NCBI GenBank assembly: GCA_028282465.1
Contig: JANQHX010000007.1
Location: forward strand, 1 to 64,000
Direction: 5' to 3'
From: Gynuella sp.
Lineage (GTDB): Bacteria; Pseudomonadota; Gammaproteobacteria; Pseudomonadales; Natronospirillaceae
Length of the DNA stretch: 64,000 bases
Below the pieces are notes generated by a model. The model ran no database searches. It was not told where the DNA came from and saw only the letters and a program-made list of their open reading frames with translations. Position 1 is the stretch's first letter, and every line of letters begins with the position of its first letter. The position numbers and the translations under genes are program-made. Positions 48,021-58,280 of this stretch are shown one piece after another.

Positions 48021-48976
48021 TGGCACTTACGTCAAAAAATCCCGCATATTCTGATCGGTGGATGGGAAGACGCTACTATCCCATTAGTCAGTATTTTAAA
48101 AACCTATTTGGCGAACGCATTGCTAAAATAGCTATCAGTGTCTCAGAGGCATGCCCTAACCGGCGAATTGGCAGCAAATTGGAGCCTTGCATTTTTTGCG
48201 ATGAATGGGGGTCTGCCGCCTATCATCGAGAAGCTAGCCGAGATCTATTGGATCAAATTCGATTCAATAAAGGTTTGGTCACTCGTCGTCATAAAGCCAA
48301 AAACTTCTTAGTGTACTTTCAAAGCTATACCAACACTCTAGATAAACTCGAAACCCTCGCTCATAGGTATCAGCTTGCTCTTACAGAGCCAGATATTAAA
48401 GGCTTGGTCATTGGCACTAGACCAGATTGTTTGCCTGATCGACTAATGCCAGTATTTGAGGATATCAGTACCCGACGCTATTTAATGATTGAAATTGGCG
48501 CGCAGAGTTTTTTTGATGACCAGTTGTTTTTTCTAAAACGAGGCCACACCAGCAAGACGAATATTCAAGCCATCCAAAAGCTTTCGGATCTCACTCATGC
48601 GGATATTGGTGTCCACCTGATTTTCGGCCAACCCAATGACACAAAAAGCAGAATCATCGAAACCGCACAAAGAATCAATGAACTGCCTGTTAACAATGTA
48701 AAGCTTCATAATTTGCATGTGCTAAAAAACACGGAGCTCGCTAATTTGTATTTTGATGGAGAGTTTATTCCAGATTGTTTAGAGGAATACACAGAGAAAG
48801 TCATACTATTTCTCAGGCACTTATCCCCAAAAATTTCTGTGCAAAGACTAGCTGGTTTAGCCAGTAGATGGGATGAACTTGTAGCACCCGGGTGGACTAG
48901 AGAAAAAATGCGCCCAATTGATTTTATTGAAAGCAGAATGAGGCAAACTGATTGTTACCAGGGGGATTTATTCTAA
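48020..48976 (+). CDS. TIGR01212-family radical SAM protein (YhcC-like)
   Basis: 'CPNRRIGSKLEPCIFC' matches the unusual YhcC Cys cluster 'CPNRDGTIGRGGCTFC'. 'YFQSYTNT' and 'GTRPDC' are also conserved with E. coli YhcC. Its ATG overlaps the selD TGA (ATGA). Confidence 0.85.
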   Translation: MALTSKNPAYSDRWMGRRYYPISQYFKNLFGERIAKIAISVSEACPNRRIGSKLEPCIFCDEWGSAAYHREASRDLLDQIRFNKGLVTRRHKAKNFLVYFQSYTNTLDKLETLAHRYQLALTEPDIKGLVIGTRPDCLPDRLMPVFEDISTRRYLMIEIGAQSFFDDQLFFLKRGHTSKTNIQAIQKLSDLTHADIGVHLIFGQPNDTKSRIIETAQRINELPVNNVKLHNLHVLKNTELANLYFDGEFIPDCLEEYTEKVILFLRHLSPKISVQRLAGLASRWDELVAPGWTREKMRPIDFIESRMRQTDCYQGDLF

Positions 48977-48996
48977 GAGCCTCTGACTAAACTTTA

Positions 48997-49770
48997 TCAA
49001 GATTCTTCAGAGGCCTGAGCATCTGCTTCTCGCGACTTAACTTTCACTAATTTACCCACTAACAGTCCAGATTCAAAAAGCAGGTACATGGGTACAGCAA
49101 GAATAGTTTGTGAAAATACATCCGGTGGTGTGGCTAACATGGCGATCGCAAAACATCCAACAAGAATATAGGGTCTTTTTTGAGAAAGGCTTTCAACCGT
49201 TGTTAAACCCGCCCATATCATCAGGACCGTGGCAATGGGTATCTCAAAGGCAATACCAAATGCAAAAAACATTTTCAGTATAAAATCTAACACGCTTGAA
49301 ATATCAGGAAGGAACGCCACGCCTTCTGGGCCAATTGCAGTAAAGAAGCCAAAAACTAGGGGCATAACAACGAAATATGCGAATGCAACTCCGGCGTAAA
49401 AAAGAAAGATGCTGCTGATTAGAAGTGGGATCGCAAAACGTTTTTCATTTTTGTAAAGCGCCGGTGCGATAAAGCCCCATACTTGGTGAAGAATATAGGG
49501 CACAGCCAACATAACAGCCAATACCAAGGTAAGCTTAAACGGAACCAAGAAAGGCGACGCCACACCGGTAGCAATTAAACCCGCATCCGATACATCACCA
49601 GGTAATAGAGACATCAATGGTTTTGCCGCTATCAAATACAATTGGTTTGCAAAGGTGTAGAGCCCCACAAACACAACGATCACCACGACAACTATTCGTA
49701 ATAACCTGTCCCGAAGTTCTTTTAGGTGTTCAACCAATGGCTGGGGAGTATCGTTGTTGTCCTGGGTCAT
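48997..49770 (-). CDS. tatC: Twin-arginine translocase subunit TatC
   Basis: The 257-aa product has 6 TM helices. 'PLVEHLKELRDRLL' is the TatC N-terminal signature. It is in tatABC order. Confidence 0.95.
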   Translation of the reverse strand: MTQDNNDTPQPLVEHLKELRDRLLRIVVVVIVVFVGLYTFANQLYLIAAKPLMSLLPGDVSDAGLIATGVASPFLVPFKLTLVLAVMLAVPYILHQVWGFIAPALYKNEKRFAIPLLISSIFLFYAGVAFAYFVVMPLVFGFFTAIGPEGVAFLPDISSVLDFILKMFFAFGIAFEIPIATVLMIWAGLTTVESLSQKRPYILVGCFAIAMLATPPDVFSQTILAVPMYLLFESGLLVGKLVKVKSREADAQASEES

Positions 49771-50120
49771 TTCTCGGATTTTTCTTCTTTGTTGCTGTTA
49801 GCGGTTTCATTCACTAACTGTTCTGATTCTGAGTCAGCTTCTTTGTTAGCTTCATCTTTTAATAGATGCTGAGCTTCTTTCTTTTCTGACTCATTATTAT
49901 TGGTGAAATTTAAGCCTTCGGTTTCGGATTTTATTTTCTTATTCAGTTCTTCCAAACGGATTTCTTGCTCTATTTGAGCCTGCATGCCATTAAAGAATCT
50001 TTTAACCTTACCCACAGTGCCTCCCACCGTTTTAGCAACCGCAGGAAGTTTCTCTGGGCCAATCACAACCATTCCAATAATAGCTAAGAACAGTAGTTCC
50101 AGAAATCCGACATCAAACAT
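49767..50120 (-). CDS. tatB: Twin-arginine translocase subunit TatB
   Basis: The N-terminus 'MFDVGFLELLFLAIIGMVVIGPEKLP' is followed by an amphipathic helix and an acidic tail. It lies between tatA and tatC. Confidence 0.85.
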   Translation of the reverse strand: MFDVGFLELLFLAIIGMVVIGPEKLPAVAKTVGGTVGKVKRFFNGMQAQIEQEIRLEELNKKIKSETEGLNFTNNNESEKKEAQHLLKDEANKEADSESEQLVNETANSNKEEKSEK

Positions 50121-50122
50121 AA

Positions 50123-50362
50123 TTAAGACTCAGTCTTATCTTTGTCTTTCGTTTCATCTTTCATTTCAGCAAAGTTGGCATCTTTCTGCTCTAACTTTTC
50201 GCCATCGGCAGGCTTGCTTTCTTCATCGTCCATGGCTTTTTTGAAGCCTTTGACTGCACCACCTAAATCGCTACCCAAACCCTTTAGTTTTTTAGTACCA
50301 AAGATCAGAATTACGATTACCAACAAGATGGCCAATTGCCATAAACTGATTCCACCTAACAT
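50123..50362 (-). CDS. tatA: Twin-arginine translocase subunit TatA
   Basis: The 79-aa product starts '[34 protein letters not shown]', the TatA/E signature. Confidence 0.9.
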   Translation of the reverse strand: MLGGISLWQLAILLVIVILIFGTKKLKGLGSDLGGAVKGFKKAMDDEESKPADGEKLEQKDANFAEMKDETKDKDKTES

Positions 50363-50437
50363 TTTGTTCTCCTAACTATTTGATTTTGCTTTTCTGCAAC
50401 CCACGCATTCTAGTGGGCTGCTGTTACAAATTAAGTT

Positions 50438-50782
50438 TTAAAATCCTACCCAGTTATCATCTCTGACATCACCTAGGATATGAAAGTGTAAATGGGGTAC
50501 TTCTTGTCCACCCCCATCTCCTGAGTTAGCAATGACTCTGTAGCCTTCTTTGAGTCCGGCTTCAGCGGCAATTTGCTGCGTTTTCAGCAACATTTCGCCA
50601 ATTAGTCCGGAATCTCCAGGCTCCAATTCAGCTAGGCTAACAATGTGTTTTCTCGGAATTAACAAGATGTGTACGGACGCTTTTGGCGCTATGTCTTTGA
50701 AAGCCACCATCTGGTCATCTTGATACACAATGTCGGCGGGAATTTCACCTGCAGCTATCTTACAAAAAAGACAATCGGTCAT
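50438..50782 (-). CDS. HIT-family (histidine triad) protein, HinT-like
   Basis: The 114-aa product has the 'HLHFHILG' H-phi-H-phi-H-phi-phi triad. Confidence 0.85.
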   Translation of the reverse strand: MTDCLFCKIAAGEIPADIVYQDDQMVAFKDIAPKASVHILLIPRKHIVSLAELEPGDSGLIGEMLLKTQQIAAEAGLKEGYRVIANSGDGGGQEVPHLHFHILGDVRDDNWVGF

Positions 50783-51114
50783 TTTTGATTCCTCGAAGCT
50801 TTTTCTTCCAATCCTGACATATCAAAACGTCGAGCTAATTCGCTCAACACATCCTGTGGGCCAAGATCTAAATGAGACAGCATAACTAGGGTATGGAACC
50901 AAAGATCTGCGGTTTCATAAACTAGATCTGTTTTATCCGAACCCTCACTGGCAGCATCTTTAGCTGCCAACACAGTCTCAAAACTTTCTTCGCCCACCTT
51001 TTCAAGAATTTTGTTCAGGCCTTTATGGTGTAGTAAAGCTACATAGGACTCTTCAGGGGAGGAAGCTTTACGTTGTTCCAAAATCTCAGCTAATTGGGTT
51101 AATACGTCAGACAT
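50779..51114 (-). CDS. hisE: Phosphoribosyl-ATP pyrophosphatase HisE
   Basis: The 111-aa product reads '[19 protein letters not shown]...ILEKVGEE..E...A', the MazG-like HisE pattern. It overlaps the HIT gene start. Confidence 0.8.
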   Translation of the reverse strand: MSDVLTQLAEILEQRKASSPEESYVALLHHKGLNKILEKVGEESFETVLAAKDAASEGSDKTDLVYETADLWFHTLVMLSHLDLGPQDVLSELARRFDMSGLEEKASRNQK

Positions 51115-51131
51115 AAGTTTTACTTTTCAAA

Positions 51132-52763
51132 TCACTTCTTAAAGGCTAGAACAATTGAAACAACCATAACACTAAGCGCCATATAGGTAGGTTCTTTCAC
51201 TTCGGGCCAAAAATCGAAATAGGTCCAAATGCTTGCTAGTAAAGCTACATTTGCCACCCATTGCCAAAGTCGTTGAGTTTTTTGCTTCTCTAGAGAGGTT
51301 TCTAACTCTTGTAGTTTAACCTGTATTTGCTGACTAGATTGCGACCAATCTCCAGCCTGCTGCAGGGTATTGAACACTAAATCAGGGACTTGCGGGGCTT
51401 TTTCAAGCCATGCTGGCGTGTGCTGCCAAAGTGACTTTAGGGTTTTCAGGGGGTTTAGTCGGTCTTTTAGCCAATTCTCTAAAAAAGGCTTGGCGGTATC
51501 CCAGAGATTAAGCTCGGGATACAGATCCCGACCTAAACCTTCAATATTGAGCAAAGTTTTTTGAAGCAACACCAGTTGTGGTTGAACTTCCATATTGAAA
51601 CGGCGTGCCGTTTGAAATAAACGAACCAGCACCAGACCAAAGGATATCTCCGCCAAAGGCTTTTCAAATACAGGTTCACACACCGAGCGGATAGCACTCT
51701 CAAACTCTTGCACTTTGGTATCTGAAGACACCCAACCCGACTCTACATGGAGCTTGGCTACTTGATGGTAGTCCCGATTAAAAAACGCTAATAGGTTCTG
51801 GGCAAGATAGCTTTGATCTTGCTCGGACAGGGTTCCAACAATGCCACAGTCCAAACCAATATAGCTGGGGTCTTGGGGGTTATCTCTTGATACAAAAACA
51901 TTGCCTGGGTGCATATCGGCGTGGAAGAAGCTGTCTCTGAATACCTGGGTGAAGAAGATCTCAACCCCTCTCTCAGCAAGCTTTTTCATGTTGGTGCCCT
52001 GAGCATTTAGGGCATCAACATCTGACACCGGAATACCATAAATTCGCTCCATCACCAGAATCTGAGGCCGGGTCAGCTCCCAATACACTTCGGGTACATA
52101 GAGCTGATCTGAGCCCTCAAAATTCCTGCGCAATGTCGCCGCGTTGGCCCCTTCACGCATCAGATCTAGTTCATCCAGGATGGTTTTTCGGTATTCATCC
52201 ACCACTTCTACTGGGCGCAGGCGTTTACCATCAGGAATCAACTGAACCAGTTTGGCGATGATAAACATTAAAGCCAGATCGTTTTCGATGGTGTTTCGAA
52301 TTCCTGGCCGAATAACTTTGACCACAACATCTTCACCAGTGAGCAGAGTTGCCGGGTGCACCTGCGCCACAGATGCCGATGCCAATGGTTGTTCGTCGAA
52401 GCTCGCAAAATGCGTTTCAATGCTGCCCTTTAGCTGAGTTTCAATCACTGTTCTGGCTAGCTTGCCCTCGAAGGCAGGTACCTGATCTTGTAACTTGCTG
52501 AGCTCGGACGCTAATTCTTCGGGCAACAAATCTCTGCGGGTAGAAAGCATCTGCCCAAATTTAATAAATACTGGGCCAAGTGCTTCAAGTGCTAACCTGA
52601 CCCTCATGCCAACAGGTTGATTCACTGGAAATAGGTGCCTAAGAAACATTAGAGTCAATAAAACTCTGAGGCTAAAAGGCAAATGATGAACGGGTATTAA
52701 GGTATCGAGTCGAAATCTGGTGATCACCCAAGCAATTTTGATCAATCTAAACAATGCTTTCAC
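51132..52763 (-). CDS. ubiB: Ubiquinone biosynthesis protein kinase-like UbiB
   Basis: The 543-aa product has an ABC1/ADCK domain ('[19 protein letters not shown]', 'ASIAQVH.A.L..G..VVVKV.RP', '[11 protein letters not shown]'). It lies in ubiE-ubiJ-ubiB order. Confidence 0.95.
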   Translation of the reverse strand: MKALFRLIKIAWVITRFRLDTLIPVHHLPFSLRVLLTLMFLRHLFPVNQPVGMRVRLALEALGPVFIKFGQMLSTRRDLLPEELASELSKLQDQVPAFEGKLARTVIETQLKGSIETHFASFDEQPLASASVAQVHPATLLTGEDVVVKVIRPGIRNTIENDLALMFIIAKLVQLIPDGKRLRPVEVVDEYRKTILDELDLMREGANAATLRRNFEGSDQLYVPEVYWELTRPQILVMERIYGIPVSDVDALNAQGTNMKKLAERGVEIFFTQVFRDSFFHADMHPGNVFVSRDNPQDPSYIGLDCGIVGTLSEQDQSYLAQNLLAFFNRDYHQVAKLHVESGWVSSDTKVQEFESAIRSVCEPVFEKPLAEISFGLVLVRLFQTARRFNMEVQPQLVLLQKTLLNIEGLGRDLYPELNLWDTAKPFLENWLKDRLNPLKTLKSLWQHTPAWLEKAPQVPDLVFNTLQQAGDWSQSSQQIQVKLQELETSLEKQKTQRLWQWVANVALLASIWTYFDFWPEVKEPTYMALSVMVVSIVLAFKK

Positions 52764-53389
52764 TGCTGGATGGCTTCCATTTGTTGCTTCAACTTGTTGA
52801 TTCGAGCCTGTAGCCGGTCGCTTTGAAATCGCACGTCAGCCACCTTCTTAGAAAACTCTTCAGCTTGTACCGGGTGAGCAAACAAGCCACTTTCTTCTTT
52901 GATGAAATTGCGACTGCTACGGTCCAAATTACCAATAATAGATTGTGCTGAACTGGCTAAAAATCGGATACCATCAGCAATCAGATGTCCTGGAACATCG
53001 CCAGTCACGTCTGCGATAGCGGCCTCCCAGTCAATGTTCAAGCTAGACATGACAGATTGCAAAACACTTAGGCTCTGAGTACTACCTTGAACCTGTAGGC
53101 CAAATTCCATCAATGCCTGAGTTTTATCCTCCGCTGACGCAAGCTGTATAAAGTCCTTCATTAACCCACTGACTTCTGCCTGAGTATCGCCATCCCACTG
53201 CCCCATTAATCGAAGCTGTTGGGTTTCAATCATCAGGTATACATCTAAGTCAGGTTGCTGAAAGTGAAATCCAAATACTTGGCCTTGCAAGTTTTCAAGT
53301 CGCTTTTTAGAGACGGGATCGTACTTCAGCGCCTGATTAACCAAGGTTTCGATAGCTGCAATACCCGCCAATTTCAATGTTCGCATCAA
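52760..53389 (-). CDS. ubiJ: Ubiquinone biosynthesis accessory factor UbiJ (SCP2 domain)
   Basis: The 209-aa product is placed between ubiE and ubiB. It has an N-terminal SCP2-like region and a C-terminal coiled coil. The start and stop overlap the neighbouring genes. Confidence 0.7.
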   Translation of the reverse strand: MMRTLKLAGIAAIETLVNQALKYDPVSKKRLENLQGQVFGFHFQQPDLDVYLMIETQQLRLMGQWDGDTQAEVSGLMKDFIQLASAEDKTQALMEFGLQVQGSTQSLSVLQSVMSSLNIDWEAAIADVTGDVPGHLIADGIRFLASSAQSIIGNLDRSSRNFIKEESGLFAHPVQAEEFSKKVADVRFQSDRLQARINKLKQQMEAIQQ

Positions 53390-54147
53390 AGCTTGATTCC
53401 CCGATGCAGAGCGACAATGCCACCGGTCATATTATGGTAGGTTACTGGGTCGAAGCCTGCTTTTTGCATCATAGCTTTAAGCGTTTCTTGATCAGGATGC
53501 ATGCGGATGGATTCAGCTAAGTATTTGTAACTGTCCGCATCATCGGTAACCAATTTGCCCATCAAAGGTAGGGCTTTAAAGGAATACTCATCGTACACCT
53601 TGCTTAGCAATTGCGAGGTTGGCTTTGAAAACTCCAGCACCAAGAGTCGACCACCTGGTTTTAACACCCTAAACATACTTTCTAAGGCTTTTTGTTTGTC
53701 AGTCACGTTACGCAGGCCGAAGGCAATCGTGATGCAATTGAAGTAGTTATCAGGAAAGGGCAGCTCTTCAGCGTTGGCTTGAATATAGTCCACATTTGAG
53801 GTGTGACCACGATCCACCATTCTTTCTCGGCCCACCTCTAACATTGAGCCATTAATGTCCGCCAAAACCACGTTCCCTTGATCACCCACGATATTGGCAA
53901 AAGCAGAGGCCAGGTCGCCAGTACCACCGGCAATATCTAATATTTTGTGCCCAGGCCGAGCGGCACTTAGCTCAATGGTGAAGCGCTTCCATAAACGATG
54001 AATGCCAAATGACATCAAATCATTCATCACGTCATATTTATTGGCGACGGAATGGAAGACTTCAGCGACTTTGTTTTTTTTCTCAGACTTGGGTACCTGC
54101 TGGTACCCAAAGTCGATGGTTTCCTGTTCAGACAAGAGATGACCCAA
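53386..54147 (-). CDS. ubiE: Ubiquinone/menaquinone C-methyltransferase UbiE
   Basis: The 253-aa product has '[28 protein letters not shown]' and the SAM motif '[12 protein letters not shown]'. Confidence 0.95.
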   Translation of the reverse strand: MGHLLSEQETIDFGYQQVPKSEKKNKVAEVFHSVANKYDVMNDLMSFGIHRLWKRFTIELSAARPGHKILDIAGGTGDLASAFANIVGDQGNVVLADINGSMLEVGRERMVDRGHTSNVDYIQANAEELPFPDNYFNCITIAFGLRNVTDKQKALESMFRVLKPGGRLLVLEFSKPTSQLLSKVYDEYSFKALPLMGKLVTDDADSYKYLAESIRMHPDQETLKAMMQKAGFDPVTYHNMTGGIVALHRGIKL

Positions 54148-54293
54148 TCTTTATAAGTAATTTGGAGCAGCATTGTGCCAAATAACCTCTGAACTGTCAG
54201 GCCAGAGAATTCTTAATGACACCGTTTTGAATTAGATTACAACCCGATAAAAAGAACTAACGTCTTAGAAAAGGTTAACAATGGAGAAAAAAC

Positions 54294-54509
54294 ATGCATG
54301 TTTTTGAAATGGTGGTATGGGTTGTGGGCATATCAGTCGCTGGTGGAACAGTAATGGAGTACTTCAAATCCAAGAGTAGAGGCTTACCTAAAGGGCTAGC
54401 ACAAAGGCTAGAACGGCTTGAAGCCTTGGAGGATAGAGTGGCGACTCTGGAGAAAATACTCACTGAACCTAAAAGTCAGCTTAAACGCGAGATTGATGAA
54501 TTGAATTAG
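54294..54509 (+). CDS. PspB-like small membrane protein (possible phage-shock protein B family)
   Basis: The 71-aa product has an N-terminal TM helix and then 'SKSRGLPKGLAQRLERLEALEDRVATLEKILTEP'. This resembles E. coli PspB ('SNRSGRSELSQSEQQRLAQLADEAKRMRERIQALESILDAEHP') in layout and in the LE.IL motif. Confidence 0.4.
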   Translation: MHVFEMVVWVVGISVAGGTVMEYFKSKSRGLPKGLAQRLERLEALEDRVATLEKILTEPKSQLKREIDELN

Positions 54510-54641
54510 CCTCTAAATCCATCATCTCACATGAATATAACGGATCTATCGGAGCTGGATGAATGCATGTCGGTGTGATTCGATACCCGCGAAATGATCT
54601 GGACTTAACGCCACCCAATCACTAGAGTTCGCTCCACTAAA

Positions 54642-55391
54642 ATGAATGGAGTAAGCAACATGATTAAGGTTTTGGTTAACGGCGCGAGCGGTCGAATGGG
54701 TACTGAGGTAGTCAATGCTGTTACAAATGACCCCGAGCTTGAGTTAGTTGGAGCCATCGATTTTAAAGATAACTTAGCAAGCTCTATTGCAAATACAAAA
54801 CCCGGTGTCGTGGTGGATTTCACAGTCGCTTCAGCAGGTTATGACAATGCTAAAACCATTATTGCAGCTGGTGTCTGCCCTGTCATTGGTACCTCTGGTT
54901 TTCAGCAGGCCCAGGTAGATGAGCTTACAGCCTTAGCAGCGGAGAAGAATCTAGGCGGCCTTATCGCCCCAAATTTTTCCCTTGGTGCTGTCTTAATGAT
55001 GAAATTCTCTGCTGAAGCAGCCAAATACCTACCTAATGCAGAAATCATTGAAGCCCACTCCACTCAAAAGGAAGATTCCCCATCAGGAACAGGTATTCGT
55101 ACCGCCGAACTTATTGCTGAGGCCCGCACCCAATTACCAGATCCAACCAGTGATAAAGAATTACTTGCAGGCGCCAGAGGAGCAAAACTGAATGAAGTGC
55201 CTTTGCATTCAGTTCGATTACCAGGAGTAGTTGCTCAACAAACTGTGTTTTTTGGCGGATTAAGTGAAACACTGAAAATCGAACATAATTCTCAACATCG
55301 CACGTCCTTTATGCCGGGAGTTTGCTTAGCCTGCAAAAAGGTAGTTCAGCGCCAAGATCTAGTTTATGGCCTTGAGTATCTATTGGATTAA
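54642..55391 (+). CDS. dapB: 4-hydroxy-tetrahydrodipicolinate reductase
   Basis: The product has 'IKVLVNGASGRMG' (NAD(P)-binding) and 'EIIEAHSTQKEDSPSGT'. The real start is probably the Met at 54660 (MIKVLVNGA...). Confidence 0.9.
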   Translation: MNGVSNMIKVLVNGASGRMGTEVVNAVTNDPELELVGAIDFKDNLASSIANTKPGVVVDFTVASAGYDNAKTIIAAGVCPVIGTSGFQQAQVDELTALAAEKNLGGLIAPNFSLGAVLMMKFSAEAAKYLPNAEIIEAHSTQKEDSPSGTGIRTAELIAEARTQLPDPTSDKELLAGARGAKLNEVPLHSVRLPGVVAQQTVFFGGLSETLKIEHNSQHRTSFMPGVCLACKKVVQRQDLVYGLEYLLD

Positions 55392-55415
55392 TATCTGATT
55401 TAGTCAGTTAACTTA

Positions 55416-55446
55416 ATAAAAAGGCTCCGAAATAGTAGAGCCTTTG
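55416..55446. terminator. Stem-loop terminator between the dapB and djlA 3' ends
   Basis: AAGGCTC-CGAAATAGTA-GAGCCTT has a 7-bp stem. It has an A-run on the 5' side, so it serves as a terminator with T-tract for the minus-strand djlA. On the plus strand a T-tract is lacking. Confidence 0.5.
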
Positions 55447-55467
55447 CAGAAAATAATTTAGTGACCA

Positions 55468-56352
55468 TTATTTTCTGGACTGCTTGATTAAATCATATGC
55501 CCTTTGAATTTCCTGACTCTTTTCAGTGGCGACCTTAATCATATCCTCAGGAACACCCTGGCCGATTAACTTATCAGGATGGTATTGGCTCATTAGTTTT
55601 CGATAGGCTTTTTTCACCTCAGCATCTGATGCTGATGAGCTAACATCTAAAGCCGCATAAGCCGCTTCCATTTCCGATTCAGGGCTGAATTTATTACGCC
55701 AGTCCCCTTGGCCACTCCCACTGTGGCCTCGACTGCGCTGTTGATAGTCAGAGTGCTGTTCTGATTGTTGCTGCTGATAACCTCGGGAAGACTGTTGTTG
55801 ATCCGCGAAGCGCCGTTGTGCCGCAACCATCCTCAGAGTGTGTTCAAGAAATCGTTCACCGTATCCCAGCTTGTTTGCGATACTTCTTAAGGCTAAGTTT
55901 TCCGCATCGTCCAACGAATCGTCACTCAATGCTAGAGCGATTAGATACTCCAATAGCAACTGTTTAAGGTTTGCGAACTGGCCACAGGTTTCAACAAATT
56001 CATCAAGAATGTATTGGTAGTCAAAACTGGGCTTGGTGCCTTCTTTAAAATACAAAATGGCTTGCTTTCGATGCTCTGCCGTCAGTCCCATTTCTGTCAT
56101 CATGGTTTCTGTTTGCTGAACCTCGTCTTCAGACACTTGGCCATCAGATTTAGCCATGTACCCTAGGAGCTGGAAAACCGTTTTAAAATATGAAAGCTGA
56201 ACTTTTTGTAACTGCTCAGGCGAATGCACTGAGAATGTTTTTTTCAAGCCAACATCAAATGCATGACCGGCTGCGCCCCCTAACAGAGCACCAAAAGGAG
56301 GCCAAACCAGATAGCCAAGCAACGCACCGATGATTTTACCGAAAATGAACAC
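55468..56352 (-). CDS. djlA: Co-chaperone DjlA (TerB-like N-domain plus C-terminal J-domain)
   Basis: The 294-aa product has an N-terminal TM helix, a central TerB-like 'MAKSDGQVSEDEVQQTE' region, a Q-rich linker and the C-terminal J-domain 'AYRKLMSQYHPDKL'. Confidence 0.85.
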   Translation of the reverse strand: MFIFGKIIGALLGYLVWPPFGALLGGAAGHAFDVGLKKTFSVHSPEQLQKVQLSYFKTVFQLLGYMAKSDGQVSEDEVQQTETMMTEMGLTAEHRKQAILYFKEGTKPSFDYQYILDEFVETCGQFANLKQLLLEYLIALALSDDSLDDAENLALRSIANKLGYGERFLEHTLRMVAAQRRFADQQQSSRGYQQQQSEQHSDYQQRSRGHSGSGQGDWRNKFSPESEMEAAYAALDVSSSASDAEVKKAYRKLMSQYHPDKLIGQGVPEDMIKVATEKSQEIQRAYDLIKQSRK

Positions 56353-56481
56353 GGGTTTTCCTTAATTGAAAGCATCGAAGAGATTGTGAACAAACACCCA
56401 TGTTAATCAAGTTTATTTACCGGTTTTTTATGGGTGAATAATTGAGCTAAGGTAGACATTGGAATCAAATTAAGGATAAAG

Positions 56482-56919
56482 ATGAAAGCGTTAATACAAC
56501 GGGTAAGCGAAGCCAGTGTAACGGTGGACAGTGAAGTGACCGGAGCTATTAATCAAGGGCTACTGGTGCTGCTTGGCGTCGAAAAAGACGATGATGAACA
56601 CAGGCTGGAAAAACTGTTGCAGAAAATATTGAAGTATCGGATCTTTTCGGATGACAACGGCAAAATGAACCTAAGCCTGCAAGACATCAATGGCGGTCTT
56701 TTGGTTGTGTCTCAATTCACTTTAGTTGCAGATACAGGAAAAGGGTTACGACCAAGCTTTACTAGAGGTGCATCGCCAGAGTTGGGGAAACAACTTTATC
56801 TGGATTTCGTCACCAGAGCTCGCGAGCTTCACGACCAAGTAGAAACCGGAGTATTTGGCGCAGACATGAAAGTCAGCTTATTAAACGATGGCCCGGTAAC
56901 GTTTTGGCTTGAAGCCTGA
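56482..56919 (+). CDS. dtd: D-aminoacyl-tRNA deacylase
   Basis: The 145-aa product has '[16 protein letters not shown]...[12 protein letters not shown]...[10 protein letters not shown]' and the 'SQFTL' motif. Confidence 0.95.
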   Translation: MKALIQRVSEASVTVDSEVTGAINQGLLVLLGVEKDDDEHRLEKLLQKILKYRIFSDDNGKMNLSLQDINGGLLVVSQFTLVADTGKGLRPSFTRGASPELGKQLYLDFVTRARELHDQVETGVFGADMKVSLLNDGPVTFWLEA

Positions 56920-56972
56920 ATTATAAGACAAGTTGCAATCAGAGTCTCGACAACCCTTGAAGCCTTCCATTG

Positions 56973-58097
56973 CTATTTATTTGGTAACTTAGAAAGATAC
57001 TGAAGCGCCAGCTCTTCTCCTTTCCGATAACTAGCAATACCCTGCTTACTGCCAGTCGCCTTTAAATATTTGTCATAGGTTTTCCACATAGGTTTACTAA
57101 TGTGTAGGCGAGCCCATTGTCGATTGTACTCACGAATGCATTGCCAATCGTTTAAAACCTGTTCGCTTAGCTTTTCAACAGCTGCGTTTTCAGTGTCTGT
57201 ATGACGAACCCCTTGCACACCCGTTGCGATCCAAAACTGTAACCAAGCACTGTATTGCTCTTCTACAGAGCCATATCGCCAAAGAGCCACATAGGCCACT
57301 AAGTTGGCGGAATCTTCATCTGCAAATCCGTTTAGATGAGCACGCTCATGAGCAATGGTATGAGGGCGAATAATAGGATGCTGAAAGCTTGTTACCCCAG
57401 GCTGGGCGACAAATGGGTTATATATTCCAGCGATGCCTAAGCGTTTCATGAGATCACTGATTATAAAAGTTTTGGAGTTTGCACTGTTGATAACAGGCAA
57501 TTCATGAAACGTTAAAAACTGATCCAAGACTCTTTCAACTGAATGATCTTGTTCTCGAAAGTTAGCATTTTGGGAACAGAGGTTCTCTGTAATTTGTTGC
57601 CTCAGACCATTGGTTTGTTTGACTCCTTCAACCATCACTTGGCGCTTTAACTGATCAGACATTTCTGTCAGCTCAAAAATATTTTCGGTGGGCTGCCGAA
57701 GATAATTAAAACCCCATACCACTGAAAATATGAAAACTACCCAACCTGCCAGCGCGGCTTCAGCAAAAAGCGTTTTAACAATATTGATAGAGAGCCACTT
57801 TGGATTATTTCGCGACGCTATCACGGCAAAGATGCCACTTATTAAAATCACAAGTGCAGTAATAATCAAACCAACAATGATTAGCTCATGAAGACTGATG
57901 GGCGACCAAAATGAAAAACCCGTCAAGAAGCCCGCTAATTTTGGATACCAAGTTAAACTGTAAAACGACTCCACCCATTGTGGATGATCAGCCAACAGCC
58001 ACCAAAGAAAAAACGCAATAGCACCAAACAAACAGCCTAACCAGTGCCAGGTTTTGAGAGAAAAGTTAGGGTGTTTTTTATTGAAAATCGAAAACAA
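56973..58097 (-). CDS. DUF3810-like membrane protein with HExxH motif (putative Zn-metalloprotease)
   Basis: The 374-aa product has 3 to 4 N-terminal TM helices and a C-terminal soluble domain containing 'TIAHERAHLNGFADEDSANLVAY' (HExxH...E). Confidence 0.55.
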   Translation of the reverse strand: MFSIFNKKHPNFSLKTWHWLGCLFGAIAFFLWWLLADHPQWVESFYSLTWYPKLAGFLTGFSFWSPISLHELIIVGLIITALVILISGIFAVIASRNNPKWLSINIVKTLFAEAALAGWVVFIFSVVWGFNYLRQPTENIFELTEMSDQLKRQVMVEGVKQTNGLRQQITENLCSQNANFREQDHSVERVLDQFLTFHELPVINSANSKTFIISDLMKRLGIAGIYNPFVAQPGVTSFQHPIIRPHTIAHERAHLNGFADEDSANLVAYVALWRYGSVEEQYSAWLQFWIATGVQGVRHTDTENAAVEKLSEQVLNDWQCIREYNRQWARLHISKPMWKTYDKYLKATGSKQGIASYRKGEELALQYLSKLPNK

Positions 58098-58280
58098 AAC
58101 AGTTCACTGACAAATGCAAACTTATTTATTATATCAAGATTTTATTTTTCAAAGAAGATTATTAACAAGCACAGTGCTTTAATGCGCTTTAAATTATCAA
58201 ATAAATTACGTGAAGCCAGCAATACAGCTCCACGCAATTTATTAAAACTATTTCAAGACAGTTTCAGAGTCATGGCCACC

